Assembly (NCBI GenBank): GCA_951406725.2
Contig: OX597815.1
Location: 95,852,001 to 95,916,000, forward strand
Origin: Octopus vulgaris
Lineage: Eukaryota
Direction: 5' to 3'
DNA length: 64,000 bases
Each line of letters begins with the position of its first letter. The first letter of the stretch is position 1. The position numbers and the translations under genes are program-made. Below the pieces are notes generated by a model. The model did not search any database, was not told where the DNA came from, and was given only the letters and a program-made list of their open reading frames with translations. Shown one piece after another: positions 11,917 through 26,494 of the stretch.

Positions 11917-14338
11917 GAGAATACTTTTAAGCTAGCTTTGTTAAGACTTTACAAATATTGTGAAATAAACGTGTACGTTTATAAACATTAATTCTTCAAA
12001 TAGGCATGGGCAAAATGAAGTATACACAGGACAGAAATAGAAAATATGTCCCACTAATGTATTTTCATCTCAACACGCACATTCAACCTGGTCATCATTT
12101 CATCCGTCACTTTTGGAAGAAGGGAATCAAAACATTCTAGAATTTGTATACCTGGACACAGGTAGCACTCTCCACTTGCAATTCCGACAAAAAGTAAACT
12201 ACTTACAGTTTATGGTACTTTAATATGGTTCATATAATGAAAATATCACAAACTTTAACGACATTAAGCCTTTTCTTTTGTAACACATCACACATGTTGC
12301 TAACTTACGTTTTGCTATATTACAAAACAATACAAAATATATACATATATGATAAGGTTTCTAAGAGTAATCAATTGGATTTCGGTGAGTTGGGAAATAT
12401 TTACTTTCATGCGGACGTTTCCGTAACTTGTGGGTATTCAACTGGTAGACTGGAAGCTTTTGTAAATATCTTTGGAGCTGGCTGCTTCTATTAAATATAA
12501 TATACATCTATCATGGATTCTGATCATATTAGGTAATTTATAAGCTGCACATACAGGAATATGTGTGGAATATAAAATTGGCATTTACGAAAATGCAACC
12601 GGGTAAACAAGCGATCCCCACAATACTATTAATGTAGAATAAGAACGATGCATAACTTCTTGAATTATATTTGATTAACGCCTGAAGGTAATCAGGCATT
12701 CCAAATTAACAAGATACATTGTTACATAATTATGTCATATACCACTTATTAATTGCTGATGTGGAGTTATTGTTGACTGGAAATACTAATGTTATGTTAT
12801 TATTATCAGCCGGGTACATCATAACATTCCCACATTGGGAAATAAATTTTGAAATGATGGATGATATAGTTAATCATTTTTCTATTTGGCTATTTTGTTT
12901 TACAATCAACACATTAATTGTAGCTTTATTTATTTATTTATTTAAAAGCCTATAAATTTAGCTAACTGATCATTAATAATTCATGTCATAACTATATTTC
13001 AAATATTTTACTGTGTATTGACAACAGTTTCACTTTTCAAGTCTTGACTTGAGGCGAACCATAATATCAATAAAAGATCCTTTGAAATATGCAGTAGCTT
13101 CGAAGAAAGTAGCTTTCAGCTTGAACTAAGTGCTGAAATGTTTTATTTATGTATTGAAGTTTCAGGAGTGTGAAAAATAAAATTGATTATTGCTAACTTG
13201 AAAATAGACCAAAAAACAATAGGAAATGAAGAATGGGACATATTTTCAATACTTTGTATTACTGTTTGTAAATACTGATATTTCTATTATAAAAGATATA
13301 TAACACTGATGTAATATGAAACACCTTCAAATTTTGAAAAGATGCAGCTCTTGAAAAGCCATGCCAATGGCAATATAATTTTTCATCTAGGTAGAAACGA
13401 TTTAATTCACAGTGACTGACACATTTTTAAAGGAAATTTTATAACAGTACCATAAGTTATATTATTCGTCATTAACCTGATATTTGGAGCAATTATTAAA
13501 ACCAAATGGGGAGTATATTCTTATCACAGTGCGATAAAGTGCAAAAGTATTCACTATTGAAACCATTAAGAAGAAAGTTATTTTATCGAAAAAGCATTTC
13601 TATCTACGTGACTATACTTAAATTTCGCCAATATTGGTATTAAATTAATAACGAGGTTTATACTACACATTGGTACTTATGAAATAAATAGACGCTGGCC
13701 CATCATTTTAATCTTCTGGAGAAAGTGTGTTTACTCTCATCATATTACAGCATCAAATAATTTAGATTATGAATAATTTAGATTATGAAAGCAATAATTT
13801 TAGCGTGAAATTGAAAGTATTATATATTAAAGTTGCTGGTCAATAAAATTTTAATCTTTAATTATATTAATTAGGTTTGATTGGTTTTTCCTACGAAGAT
13901 TTGATAAATAGGTAAACTTGTTATGGAGATATTTGAAAATATAGGGCCACATGTCTGTGACAAATGTGTGAATCTCTCTAGAACACCATATCGAGATATG
14001 GTTTTTCGTGTGTTTATAAGAGAGGATGTTACATGTTTTTCATAGCTTGCTTCCTGGTAGATTTTACGGCCAGCACGAAAGGAAAGCCCACTTAAAAACA
14101 GAATTAACTGCGCTCTCTATACATACATACTTACAACACACAGACGCGCGCACACTCACATGTTCATATACATATATATATGTACCAAACATTTCTCGTC
14201 TATTAAGGATATAAGAAGTGTTTACTTTTATGCACCGTTATTCCATTTCAGAGTTCCTCTCAATGTAAATAGCGCAGTATTTTGTAATCTAACCCTATAT
14301 CCTATTTAAGTTAGCGATAAAGATTATCTCCTCATAGT

Positions 14339-14380
<42 letters not shown>

Positions 14381-14714
14381 TAAGGGTAGAAATTGATATT
14401 TATCAATTAAGACCAGTGGTCTAGCATATTAAAAAAAGAATCCGAAGATTAAAATATTTATATATACCAATTAAGAATATAATCTTTTGTGGTGAATGGC
14501 GATTTGACGTCTATATCTAGCATGTTGACTGTCCACTTTTCGTGTTCAGTCCTTAATTGGTATATATATATATATATATACACGTATATTTATCTTTCTG
14601 TGACGCGCTCTCTCTTTCTCCCTTTTTATTTATATGTGTGTGTGTATTTACATTATTTTTTGTAGTTTCAGCTCAAAGCTGTGGCCATGCTGGAGCACTG
14701 CCGTTTTGTTACAC

Positions 14715-16290
14715 TGTTATTACTGAGATGCTCCTCTAATATGTCGCACTTGGTGAAGAATGGAGTTTGATGTAGCTACCCTCATTTGCACCTCTTGCTG
14801 TGCGGTAGGTTCGTCTGGGACTCTCAACAGGAAGTGGTCTAGCCTTGATTTTAAAACGTCTACATCTACTTGTGCATGTCCCTCAGGGGATCTTTGTCGA
14901 TTTGAACGGCAGTTTTTTCTAGCGGTGTCATATGAAATTGTCACCCATAATTATGACCCTAGTAACGATCTATTGCATTTCAATCTGTTTTAGGATTAGG
15001 GTTAGTTAGGGTTAGGGTTGGGGGGAAGGGTGTCTTTTTTTCTTCACAAATGTAAAGAAGCCCAATCTGTTTCTCAAACGAGAGACATATTCATACGGCA
15101 CAGAAAATTTTCAGCTCAGTAGACGTAATATGTTTGGTTGAAATTGCAGAAATTGAAGAAAAAACAACAAATATCTTACAAACTATAGAATTTTCTCAAT
15201 AAAGCCAAGAGAAAAAAGATGTTTTATAAACACATTCTGTCAGTATACGAAGTTTGAAATCTTTTAGTTACCTAGAAATTACGTTAAAAACTGCCGTTCA
15301 AACCGAAAAGATCCCCCTCAGGCTCTTTGGGATAATATTGAAAAGCTGTGGGCCCCTGAAACACTGGCTGTTGCAGTAACTGGTCCTAAAGCGCAATGGC
15401 ATTGCTGGAATCTTTGCCACTGTACAGTGCCGACCCGTGCTGGCATTGGTATAGCTTTCAATGCCATATTTTGGCACAATATCTTCTAGGATCTTCCAGA
15501 TGTATATTACTGCATACCTCTCCCGCCTTCGCTCCAGGGAATAGAGTCTTAGCTGTTTCAGTCTTTCCCAGTAGCTGAGCTGTTGCAAAGAGATGATCTT
15601 CTCTGTGAAGCTTCGCTGGATTGCTTCAAGGTCCGCTGTTAATTTTACACTGTTGGGTGACCATAGCCGGGGGCAGTAATCCAGGCGGCTCAAGGCGAAT
15701 GTCCTGCAGAGGCCCATCATGGTTTCCTTATCTCTGGTTCTGAATGTTCTTAGGATCCATCAAGCCAGTCGTCTGCACTTTGTTGCCATCCTGGTAACGT
15801 GCACTTGGAAAGAGGTATCACCACTCCTGTCAATAACGATGTGCCTCACTGATTTCGGCTCGGAGATTGTAATTCCCTGTGGACCAGCGTACCCTGTAAG
15901 TTTCATATTCAGTTTTGGACACTGGTAGCGCAGGGCCTAAAATTGTTCAGCATTGAATTGAATATTATCTTCAGCACATCTGTAAATTGAGTCCAACCCC
16001 TGCTGCAGATGTGCAACGTCGTTGGGGTTTTGTATTTTTTGTGAGACTTTTGTACTGTCTGCGTAGCTAGCAAGGGTGGCTATCCGGGCAGTTGAGGGCA
16101 TATCTGAGAGGGCCACTATGAAATGCAGTGGTCTCAAGACAGTTCTCTGTGGAACACCGCTCAATGAGGCGGCTCCATTGACCACTACTGCCTGACTTCT
16201 ATCTTTCAGAAAGTCATGTAACCACTCTCTAAGTTTTCCAGTTATGCCGAGATCACACAGTTTGTGGCATATCATACTATGCACTTCACT
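14715..16290 (-). mobile_element. CR1/L2-group LINE, 5'-truncated RT and 3' end, interrupted by a MITE
   Basis: WLHDFLKDRSQ, SGVPQRTVLRPL, ASYADSTK, LSRLDYC, YWERLKQLRLYSLERRRERY, KSRLDHFLLRVPDEP. Confidence 0.85.
14888..15314. mobile_element. MITE with ~30-bp TIRs and perfect 8-bp TSD (Merlin-like)
   Basis: GGATCTTTGTCGATTTGAACGGCAGTTTTT / AAAAACTGCCGTTCAAACCGAAAAGATCC; TSD CCCTCAGG at 14880-14887 and 15315-15322. Confidence 0.9.
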
Positions 16291-19200
16291 CTATGATGCG
16301 AATACAAAATATATCAAAACAATCTTCTAGATAATCTAGTGTCTATGGTGAGTTTTACATCGCACCTTTTTCTGTAAATCTTTATATTTATGCTTATAAC
16401 AAAATTTGTATAATGTTTTAATCGAGTATCGGTACCATTATTACCAATACCTTTCATGTTTATCTACTTCCTCGTTCACACAATGATCTAAAATAATAGG
16501 ACGCTCAGGAATACAGGCCACATGTTATATAATTCTAGAGAGAAATTTCTCTTGATGAATGACAGCATACTAAATAGCTATATAATCACTTCCAGTAATA
16601 TTAATTGATCGCTGCATTAGCAGATACTTCAGTAACATATCCTGAGCATATATGAACATTTAGTTGTGTTCTTTTAGATTTCTAGATTCGAGGTAGACTA
16701 TATACACTCCTTCGGTTGCTATAAAATAATGTATTAGAGAAATACTGCATTGTATTAAAACGATTAATTGAATGCAAATGTGTTTTAAACCAGAAGCAAA
16801 GTTTGAGATTCCAAAACGTATTATATCAATATTCCTTACGTTCTAAGTGTAAGAGTGTTTGTAAACAGAAACACATTGTTAATGTGAGTAGATGCGACCT
16901 TAGGTATTGTTCACTTTGAAAGACATAATCTTTCACACGTTATATAAATAACAGTATTACTGACATATGTGGTATGTGTATCACTGTAGTCGAAATACTC
17001 GACAAAAAGAAAAAAAAGAAATAATATTTGTTTAATGCCACAACTTCAAAAGAATAGAGTTGTAACAGTATGTGCCGAAAACCCACATGTGTAACAAGAA
17101 AAGTACATCGCAATATCGTTGGAATGGCAGACTATATTTAATATATAATGTAAGCATGAAACATTTTCATCTACAATCCAGTGATTTACATCTACAGTAT
17201 ACATCTACAATTCCATTCAGTATGGAATATTATTTTATCAGTTAACGCATCCGTTCGTCAGCTGTTGTAATTTCAATTTTTTTCATATTATATTACTGGT
17301 TTTTAAATGTTTCAAATTTTACTTCTGTATGACTTTTAAAAGTTAATTAATTAATAGCGACTGCAGTAGTATTAATAACAAACTGTGTATAAAAATTGTC
17401 TTTTTTAATTATCGTTAATACCAATATTAACGACAGAGAATCTTCACGTACATATAAAGATATCCACCAAAACCTGTTAAGTAGCTAAACTACAGTTCTT
17501 CATTTGGAACCGTTCAGCATTTCGTTGAAATTTCTTGATGTTTTCTCTTGTAATAGACGCATACGATAGCATACAAGCGGCAATGGCAAATTCAATAAAG
17601 TTATACCCGATTTTTCCAGGAAAATTCAACTTCTCTATGTAGGCGTCTCATAGTTGGAATCAGATGTTGAATGCTTATGTGGAACATAACACTGTTAAAC
17701 ATTTACAATGAAAATTTATTTTAACCAATTTAAAATAGAAGTAGCAAGTTCCTTCGATCGTTTGCATAAATGCAGACATCAACAAATGCATTATATATTG
17801 ACAACTCTACTTTTGTTGTTTGGCTTCATGCCAGATTTGATACAGCAAACCTATGATGAAAGGTTTTCTAGCTTTGAACCTCCTGATTTTGCTTAAAGCG
17901 TACTGTAGCATCGACTAAATTATATAATGTCTTTAGGGACATTTCGGTATTATTTGTAGTAAAGCACATAGAGATTAATACAACATAAATTAATTACGTA
18001 TGTATAGTTTCATTCTGCATTATAATGTGTATTGTAAGACATAAGACCACCTCAGAATCATTTTGTATGCAACATATACGTGTGTATTTTTAAGGGGATA
18101 CTAGAGACACGTCATTTAGAGATGTGGTAAGTTTCTTGCATATACAATGCTGACAGCTGAAACATACCTTCAACATATTTTAATCACCTTTATGTTGAAC
18201 ATATGAATAATATCTACTATTATGAGTGCCAAATATACTTAAGATGTGACGAGGTCAAATAAAGCTTACTTATACGAATCGTCACATGTTTTCTGAAAAT
18301 GCCGTAAAAATATCTACATGGCGGAGCAGTCTCTATTCTGTTTCTACGTTTCAACGCGAAGAGGGTAATTTTAAAATATTCTTTGTGTTTCTTGGAAAAG
18401 CTATCTGAGATGGAAAAGTTGTGAACCACTGTTTAGTGTAAAAATATGTCCCTTGATTCTGTTACCTCACCGAAAGGGTCATCGGGAACATCTATACCAA
18501 CTACGTACAACCTGTTGCAACGGCATTCGCAAGTATCATCAAATAATTTTTTAGCAGATAAGGCCATTGTTTTGCTTGTGTAGTTTGGCTACTATTCAAC
18601 ACTGGTAAATACCATTCCAATTGTGACGATTGCACCGTTATTAAGGGTATATGAACCGATTACATTTACTAAACCACTTCCTAATTTAAGAATGTAATTT
18701 GAAGAAAATTTGATAACTGTTACTCACAGGCGTATGTAATTCTTGAGGCTATGGCAACCATTAAACGGCGTTGATTAATGGATCTGAAACGCAACATGAA
18801 ATGTTTAGAATTTAAGGAAATTATGAAATTCATATCATATCGGGACATTCAAAAGACATGACTTTAAACGAATATGAAGTATCCTCCATATGACAGCAAT
18901 GTTGAAGATAATACCTTCAGTGTTTAAATTAACTCTTCATTCTCTCGGCTGTATTAGTGTTTCTGAAAGACATGCTTACATCATTTCTCAATATCTATAG
19001 TGTATGATATACACAAAATAACTAATTCAGGGGTACCTCTAAAGCTTATGCATGTGTGAATATTTATTTATATAATACATATAGAAATCATAATTTGTAA
19101 TTTACTGATATCAAAATCTCCTTTGCTAATGAGGTAGAAACTCACATATGTAATACAGTGCAAGATAACGTTTTAGAAATCTAAAATTATCATTAATTAC

Positions 19201-19934
19201 ATAATCATTTAACTACTAATTATTCAATTCTTAAACCGAAACATATTTTTCTTTATTTCAAAAAAAAAATACACACACACACACATTCGTAACACTCACA
19301 TATGCATACACTCAAAGAAATTATTCAAGCTTCAAAAGCATATCGCAGCATGTAAATAATTTAATATACTTTTAGAGCAATAATCAAGCAAGTATAATCG
19401 AGGAAGTATAACAGGAACATAAAATACAAAAGTGTTCCTGTTTATACTCGAACAATGCAAATCTTCAACAAAGCAATTTTCCATATTGAATCACATATAA
19501 ATGGCGTCTACTAGGCTGATAAAAATTATGTCTCGCAGAATTGAAGATGTTAAAATATATAAAGGAAAATATTACTTCTCCAGTATTTCATTAAAAATAA
19601 GCATTTCGATAAAGAAAATGCATGTTTTGATAGGCATAACAAGACATAGATTCAAACTAATATTATTTCGAAGGGTTCATAGAAACTGTTCTCATTTAAA
19701 TTCACTCAGTTGAAATATAGCTGAGAGGCATTGTTCAAAAACCATCTCACAAGTTCAAAATCAATTAGCACATGATACTGAACACAAACTAAATCAAGGC
19801 TTGAAAGATGTTCATCTTAAAGATATGTGGAAACTATCAATTGATGCAATCCAATATCACAAAATTGAACAACAACGGCAACCACCACCACAATAAAAGC
19901 AGTGGCAATGTCAGGAACAGCAATGCCTACTTAT

Positions 19935-20322
19935 TCTTTTATTCTTTTATTCGATTCAGTCATTTGACTGCGGCCATTCTAGAGCACGGCCTTTAGTCGA
20001 ACAAATCGACCCCAGGACTTATTGTTTGTAAGCCTTGTACTTATTCTATCGGTTCCTTTTGCCGAACTGCTAATTTACGGGGACTGAACTCACCAACATC
20101 GGTTGTCAAGCGATGGTGGGGTGACAAACACAAACACATAAGCATATACACAGATATATATATATATATATACATATACACGACGGGCTTCTTTCAGTTT
20201 CTGTCTACCAAATCCAATCACCAGGTTTTGGTCGGCCCGAGGCTATAGTAGAAGACATTTACCCAAGTTCCCACGCAGTGGGACTGAACCCGGAAACATG
20301 TGATTGGTAAGCAAGCTACTTA
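19935..20322 (-). mobile_element. tRNA-derived octopus-type SINE with internal TA/CA microsatellite
   Basis: Closely similar to 38130-38535; head has a GGGTTCAGTCCC B-box-like motif. Confidence 0.85.
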
Positions 20323-21448
20323 TTTTTTAAAAAAATTACCATAAAGGCATGATACAGAGTAGCTTGCGGGCTGGACAGAAACTTTGATGAGAGTAATGAT
20401 GAAATAAAATGATATAAATGGGAGAAGACAAAAAAGGCCCGCCGACTTTTTGCTTCTCTAAAACAATATTTTTTACAGAAAAAACAAACCGAAGTATTGA
20501 ACCTTTTACTTCCGTTTTACAATTATTGAACTTAATAGTCCATTTACAAATTGAGGTGCTGAGCTTCTTACACACGTAAACATTGTAACACTGAGGTTTT
20601 TCAACCTCTCACATCACTTGTGCCCGTATACTCCGCCATTACCCACGTCTCGTTTAAAACCAAAGTGGGCTTCGAATCGGCGTCGCCCGGCCACAAGCGA
20701 TATTCTTCTGTAAGTACCTCCAGCCTACGTATCACGGGCAACGTTATGACCTCCATAGCTATCTGCGGAGGTCATTCGGATTCCCGTGTGTAAGTTAAAG
20801 GTATTCCTTTATAGTGTTTTTCCACCACCCTTTCTACCTCTCCACCTCTGTAGAAGAAGATCAATAATTTGTCTTCTTGCGGGGTCGAGGTAGTCAATTC
20901 TATATATATATATATATATATATCCAATCAAGATGAAATTCCTCTTACACTCCTTGGAGCAGTATATTGCAGAATGTATTAGTGTGTCAGACGAGGTAGT
21001 TGCCGTATGTTTACCCGCACTGAGCATTCTGAATTCAAATACTATTTTGTCTCCAAAAGATGGAGCTGCGATTAAAAAATAGAAGAGAAAAAAGTTTCGA
21101 AATATAGCTTCTTATAATTAGCTATTTATACTTCACCTCCACACATCGTGACTAATCTTTTGCCAAAAATGCAAAGTCGGACGCAAATGCAAATGTTCGG
21201 AATATCATTTATTTTTTAATACTTGTTTTGTTCATTCAGGAGGAATAAACATTTGGCATGAATATTTACAGATAGTTGCATTCAATTTAACGTCATAGTT
21301 AATATGAATCGCAAGGTGTGAATTGACACTATAACATCGGATAAAATTGTTTCCGATACCTGTTCGATGAAAACATTATTTAACATAGAGTCTAAAAACA
21401 GAAATCATGCATACAAAATATTGGCCATTGGAAGGATAAACAAAAATC

Positions 21449-21479
<31 letters not shown>

Positions 21480-22022
21480 GTTTCTACATCCATAATTGCA
21501 ATAAATATATCATATCACATTTAAGTTAGTTTAAATTTTAATTACGTTTAATGCACAAGAAAACCTGCCAACAGAGAATATCTTATAGAATTATTATGAA
21601 TACCATAGTATGAGGTAGTAGCGGTCAAAATATAGTAAAATTATTTTTTGCTAACGTCACCGAGAAAAATCATGTTTTCAGACATTCATTTCCCATGCAG
21701 TGTAACTTTAAGATTACTTAAAAATTCATCAACTAAGGCTTATTCGATATACATAACTGTACTGTGAGACTGTTAGCAAAAGTACTTCAATTTATTCGGT
21801 TTGCCGAAGTTGCATTTCCATACAACAGTGCTTCATATTCGTCTCTTTTCTCTTTTCTCAATATGATTGCTCATCTTAGTAAGATGTAACGCTTCTACAT
21901 GTTTTCAAGCCGGTGACTATTTACCTCTACGCGACCATCTTAAGGGAGAATACTATAGCAAAATATGGTATATATAAAACACACACACACACATACAAAC
22001 ACACACACAAACACACACACAA

Positions 22023-22076
<54 letters not shown>

Positions 22077-22579
22077 GCATACATATACTGCAATGTTTAT
22101 GTTCATATTACATTGCTAATTCAGACAGTTATTGCGGCTATTATGTATGTGACTTACAAGCAGTACATTTCGATATACATCTAAAATTATTCTAATCTCA
22201 CTATCTACCATTTAGACTCTAAATAGACTAATTGATTCCATAAAGAAAGAAACAAACAAACCAAAATAATCAATTTGGTCCCTTCGTCCAGTTATCACAA
22301 ACGTCGAGATAGAATGTCAGAGATTTACCATTTGAGGAACAACAACACTGAATATAAGATTAATATTCATGGGAAGAAATTTATAAATCCACATTGGAAA
22401 ACCTGAAATACTATATGCATATATACGGATATTTGTACAAACAAATATACATCTTTAACCTATATAAATAAATGTCCACACAACCCTCTCAAAAGTAAAT
22501 AGGAACCATCACCTTTTTAGATATAAAAACACATTAATTCCATTCTATGCATTTGAATACATAATGTAGTATTTTGTAG

Positions 22580-23460
22580 ACTTGTCTTGTGCAGTTTTAA
22601 ATTGTGTAACCCGATCAGGAATCATACTAATGATTTAAGAAATTGTGTTCTGTGGAATTTCTGCTCAGGCTGAAATAACATGTTGAAAAAAATCTTACAC
22701 CGAAGCTGGTTTTCATGGCTTTTGTCGCACTACTCCGTGCAGTGTGTCCGAAAGGATTTCAATGGCGTTCATAACAAGAGGCACATTGGGACAAGGAACT
22801 TCTGTTTATAGTATTATCTTTCTTTCTGCCAGTCGCTTATTTTTTTTTATTTTGGCTTGATGACAAACATTCGTAATTTTGGTGATATCCTCTTCGAAGA
22901 ATAACGATATATTTCCCCCAAGTTTATGCTGTCAAGATAACGGAACAATTGCGAACGACCTATACTACAGATTTCCTCCCTCTCCCAAACTGAAAAAACT
23001 GCCTTGTTTCACAGTTGGTTGCAACATATTTAAATCAAACTCTCAATTGGGTAGTCCTCAGACCCTAATATGTTCGCAGTCTGGAGGTAATGCAGCTCTC
23101 GATTCATCCGAACCTTATGTGTTCCAGTACCATCTCATTTATTAACTCCTTTCTTTTATGAATATTTGCTAGTCGGAGAACAGTTTGGCTTCCACTTGCT
23201 AAATTATTTTGGCCAAGTTGGTCGGCATTCATTCTCAGAAGTACTCTGAGTAATTTAGATTTGGTCTGAGATATTAGCGGTCTTACGACTGAGATTATTT
23301 TCAGCAAGACCCTTGACAGATCGAAACACTTACCAAAGAACTGACGTCGACCTGAGCATAATATTGTCGATTACGTTTTGGTTTGGTGCTCCAGTCAGCT
23401 GAATGTCGCAAGAGCAATCCAGGAGTTTTGTGATGTTTTACGCTGGTTAAGTCCACCGTC
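22580..23460 (-). mobile_element. Highly decayed Tc1-like transposase remnant
   Basis: Minus strand SDES and LQPTVKQG (cf. PTVKHGGG); the C-terminal part (NPIRNH, SERISMAFITRG) appears on the plus strand. Confidence 0.45.
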
Positions 23461-23634
23461 ATATTGCTTCATAATACATTCTCTTCGAATGTTAGAAAAA
23501 TCTTAATGGTACTGGTTTGTTGATAATATACAGAAACCAATCTGAGATAATACACATATAAATACATACATATATACATACACACATACATACATATATA
23601 TATACATACATACATACACACACTCGCACACACA

Positions 23635-23694
<60 letters not shown>

Positions 23695-23752
23695 CGTAAG
23701 TTTGAAGGATAGATCAAAGATAAAACTGTATAGCGATAGGTTCCTATTTCCT

Positions 23753-23799
<47 letters not shown>

Positions 23800-23838
23800 T
23801 ACATATATACGTGTAAACATGTATGTTTATTACGTAGG

Positions 23839-23881
<43 letters not shown>

Positions 23882-24905
23882 GTGTAAACATGTATGTTTA
23901 TTACGTAGATATGTTTATTACGTAGATTCATGTATATATCTTTAGGTGAATATTTTCGTTTTCGTGTGTGCAAATGTAAACAGAAATACATTTTGAAAGC
24001 ATGCCTCATGATGGAAATTTCAGTTTGAAATGTGTATTATTAGAAAAGGTGATATTTACTGGAAGACGCAAACGTTATCAGTGAAAGTCCGCAGCTTTAT
24101 TCTATATCAAACTTCCCCAGATACACTGCGCCAGTAAATAATGGCATAAAAGTTCAACGCACTGAATTACAATGATTCCACTTCCATATTACGCAGTTGT
24201 ATGTCTATGAAGAATACTAGCTACTAACATGTGAAAACAACTGAATTACGCCTATTTGAAATTGACAGTTGATATTTTAAAATTACGTTTCACACATAAT
24301 TACGCACACATTTAAACAATTAGACATATTCATAAATATGCACATCCGCCTACGAATATCTTAATGTCACACTTTGCTTGTACTTAATTCATTCCACAGA
24401 AACACATTTAAAGATGATGGTGTAGAATGTTGCCATAGAAATCTTGCAAAACATGCCTGGCAAATGAGAATTTTCGTCATGAAAATTACCGCAGCTATTT
24501 CGCTTCTTAATACGGTGTAATGTAACCGTTTTATCAGATTAAGTAAATAAGAAAAGGCCAAAATTTCCGGTATTAAGTAATTTACACGGAAGTAGAGGCG
24601 AAATGGTTACCGGGAAAGTGGGATATATTACTCATGTAGAACGTAACAAGTGATAGGTTGACAGCTTTAGAAAGCCAAAAGTGTTGACCTTGAACATTTA
24701 AACTGTAGTGCCAGCAAACTAACTTCCGGACTGTTGTTGGTTTTACCGGAATTTAACGTGGTTTATTTCCGATAAACTCACGAGGAATGCGATATAAGAA
24801 CATCTAATCTGCATTGAATGTAATTCGTATGCTTAGTAACTTTAGACATAGCCATGCCTCAAGAATAATTGAGTGCCACCAAGAAATAAGTGGTAGCTCA
24901 ATATA

Positions 24906-24945
<40 letters not shown>

Positions 24946-25197
24946 GTAAGTTTCAAACGACGAAAATGAGTGCTCAACAACGCATTGGTGGATGTAATTT
25001 CAGTTATTTGTGAATGAATGCTACCATTCTCCATATGATTGACTTGAAGAATGTTTCCTAGGACATTTTCCTACTTTTCTTAATATGAAACGAATGTAGC
25101 CGTAATTCGCACACACACACATACATACGCGCACAGATGCACGTACGCACATGCACCCACACATATTTATATATGATATAGTATACATGCATACATA

Positions 25198-25245
<48 letters not shown>

Positions 25246-25247
<2 letters not shown>

Positions 25248-25516
25248 GGCACAATAGCCCAGTGGTCGTAGGATCACGGTTTCGATTCTCAGGCCGGGCG
25301 TTGTGAGTGTTTATTGAGCGAAAACACCTAACAGCTCCACGAGGCTCCGGCAGGGGGTGGATTCTTTCACTACTCTTTCTCCCATTCTTTCTTCTCTTGG
25401 TCTGCTCGCTTAGCCAGCTGTGTGGGGTCATTCAAAGGCTAAAACAATGCGAACGCATTGTGACCAGCGATCTGTAACTACATCTGATGGACTGGTCGGT
25501 CACATGATCACGTGAT
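25246..25516 (+). mobile_element. tRNA-derived SINE (distinct family)
   Basis: TAGCCCAGTGG A-box and GTTTCGATTC B-box; flanked by (TA)n. Confidence 0.6.
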
Positions 25517-25543
25517 ATATATATATAAATATATATATATGTC

Positions 25544-25576
<33 letters not shown>

Positions 25577-25578
<2 letters not shown>

Positions 25579-25910
25579 GGTAAAGACCCCCTTCGGTCAT
25601 GAATGACCATGGGATTGCACCTAGAAAGTTACCCTCCTAGACACAAGTCCGGGCAAGGTTGTTTATGGAAGACCAGCAGTCGCCCATGCATACCAGCCTC
25701 CCTCTCCACGCCACCAGTGTTATCCAAGGGAAAGACAAAGGTCGATACAGCTTGGCACTAGTGACGTCGCAACTCATTTCTACAGCTGAGTGAACTGGAG
25801 CAACGTGAAATAAAGTGCCTTGCTCAAGAACACAACACGCAGCCCGGTCGGGATTCGAGCTCACAACCTCACGATCGTAAGCTCGACGCTCTAACCACTG
25901 AGCCATGCGA
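25577..25910 (-). mobile_element. tRNA-derived SINE with CORE-like domain
   Basis: Minus: TGGCTCAGTGGTTAGAGCG...GAGCTCGAATCCC then GTTCTTGAGCAAGGCACTTT...CAGCTGTAGAAATG. Confidence 0.8.
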
Positions 25911-26055
25911 TACATATATTTAAAGCGTAGGAGATTGCTTTTTACCTACATGGTTCCAGGTTTTCCAGGTTTAGTTCAACTGCATGGCACCTTGAGCAAG
26001 TGTCTTCCACCATAGCTCGGGCTCACCAGTGACTTGTGAGAAGGCCGTTCCTACA

Positions 26056-26111
<56 letters not shown>

Positions 26112-26437
26112 AATCTGCGTGTTGTGTGTGTGGCTTTACATATATGTACCTGTGTAATTTTTGGAAAAAATAGTAAAGCATATGCTACAGGCGGAGATAA
26201 AAGTGATACAAATCTTAAATGTTATGAAAGAATAAAAGTAACCAACACGAAACACATACATATCCGCACGCACGCATATAACGCATACATAACTCTAGTG
26301 CTGTGAGCAGTGAATATTGATTATTTTATCTCCGAAAGTCCATACATTTACTGCCCGTTCGCAAAATAGTATCTATTTCAGTATACACGTATATATATAT
26401 ACATGTATGAATTAATGCATGCGTGGCATTATTCAAT

Positions 26438-26487
<50 letters not shown>

Positions 26488-26494
26488 TATGTAT

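Noticed and set aside
12405-12487. Possible minus-strand exon (SSQLQRYLQKLPVYQLNTHKLRKRPHE)
   Set aside because: Weak splice sites, no recognisable homology or partner exons.
14990-15022. TTAGGG repeats as a telomere or interstitial telomeric site
   Set aside because: Only 3-4 imperfect units, internal to a MITE.
23810-23930. Short repeat CGTGTAAACATGTATGTTTATTACGTAG flanking (TA)n
   Set aside because: Ordinary slippage duplication next to a microsatellite.
25840-25910. tRNA gene (likewise 33311-33386 and 38465-38535)
   Set aside because: tRNA-like heads run into SINE bodies and lack a convincing acceptor stem.
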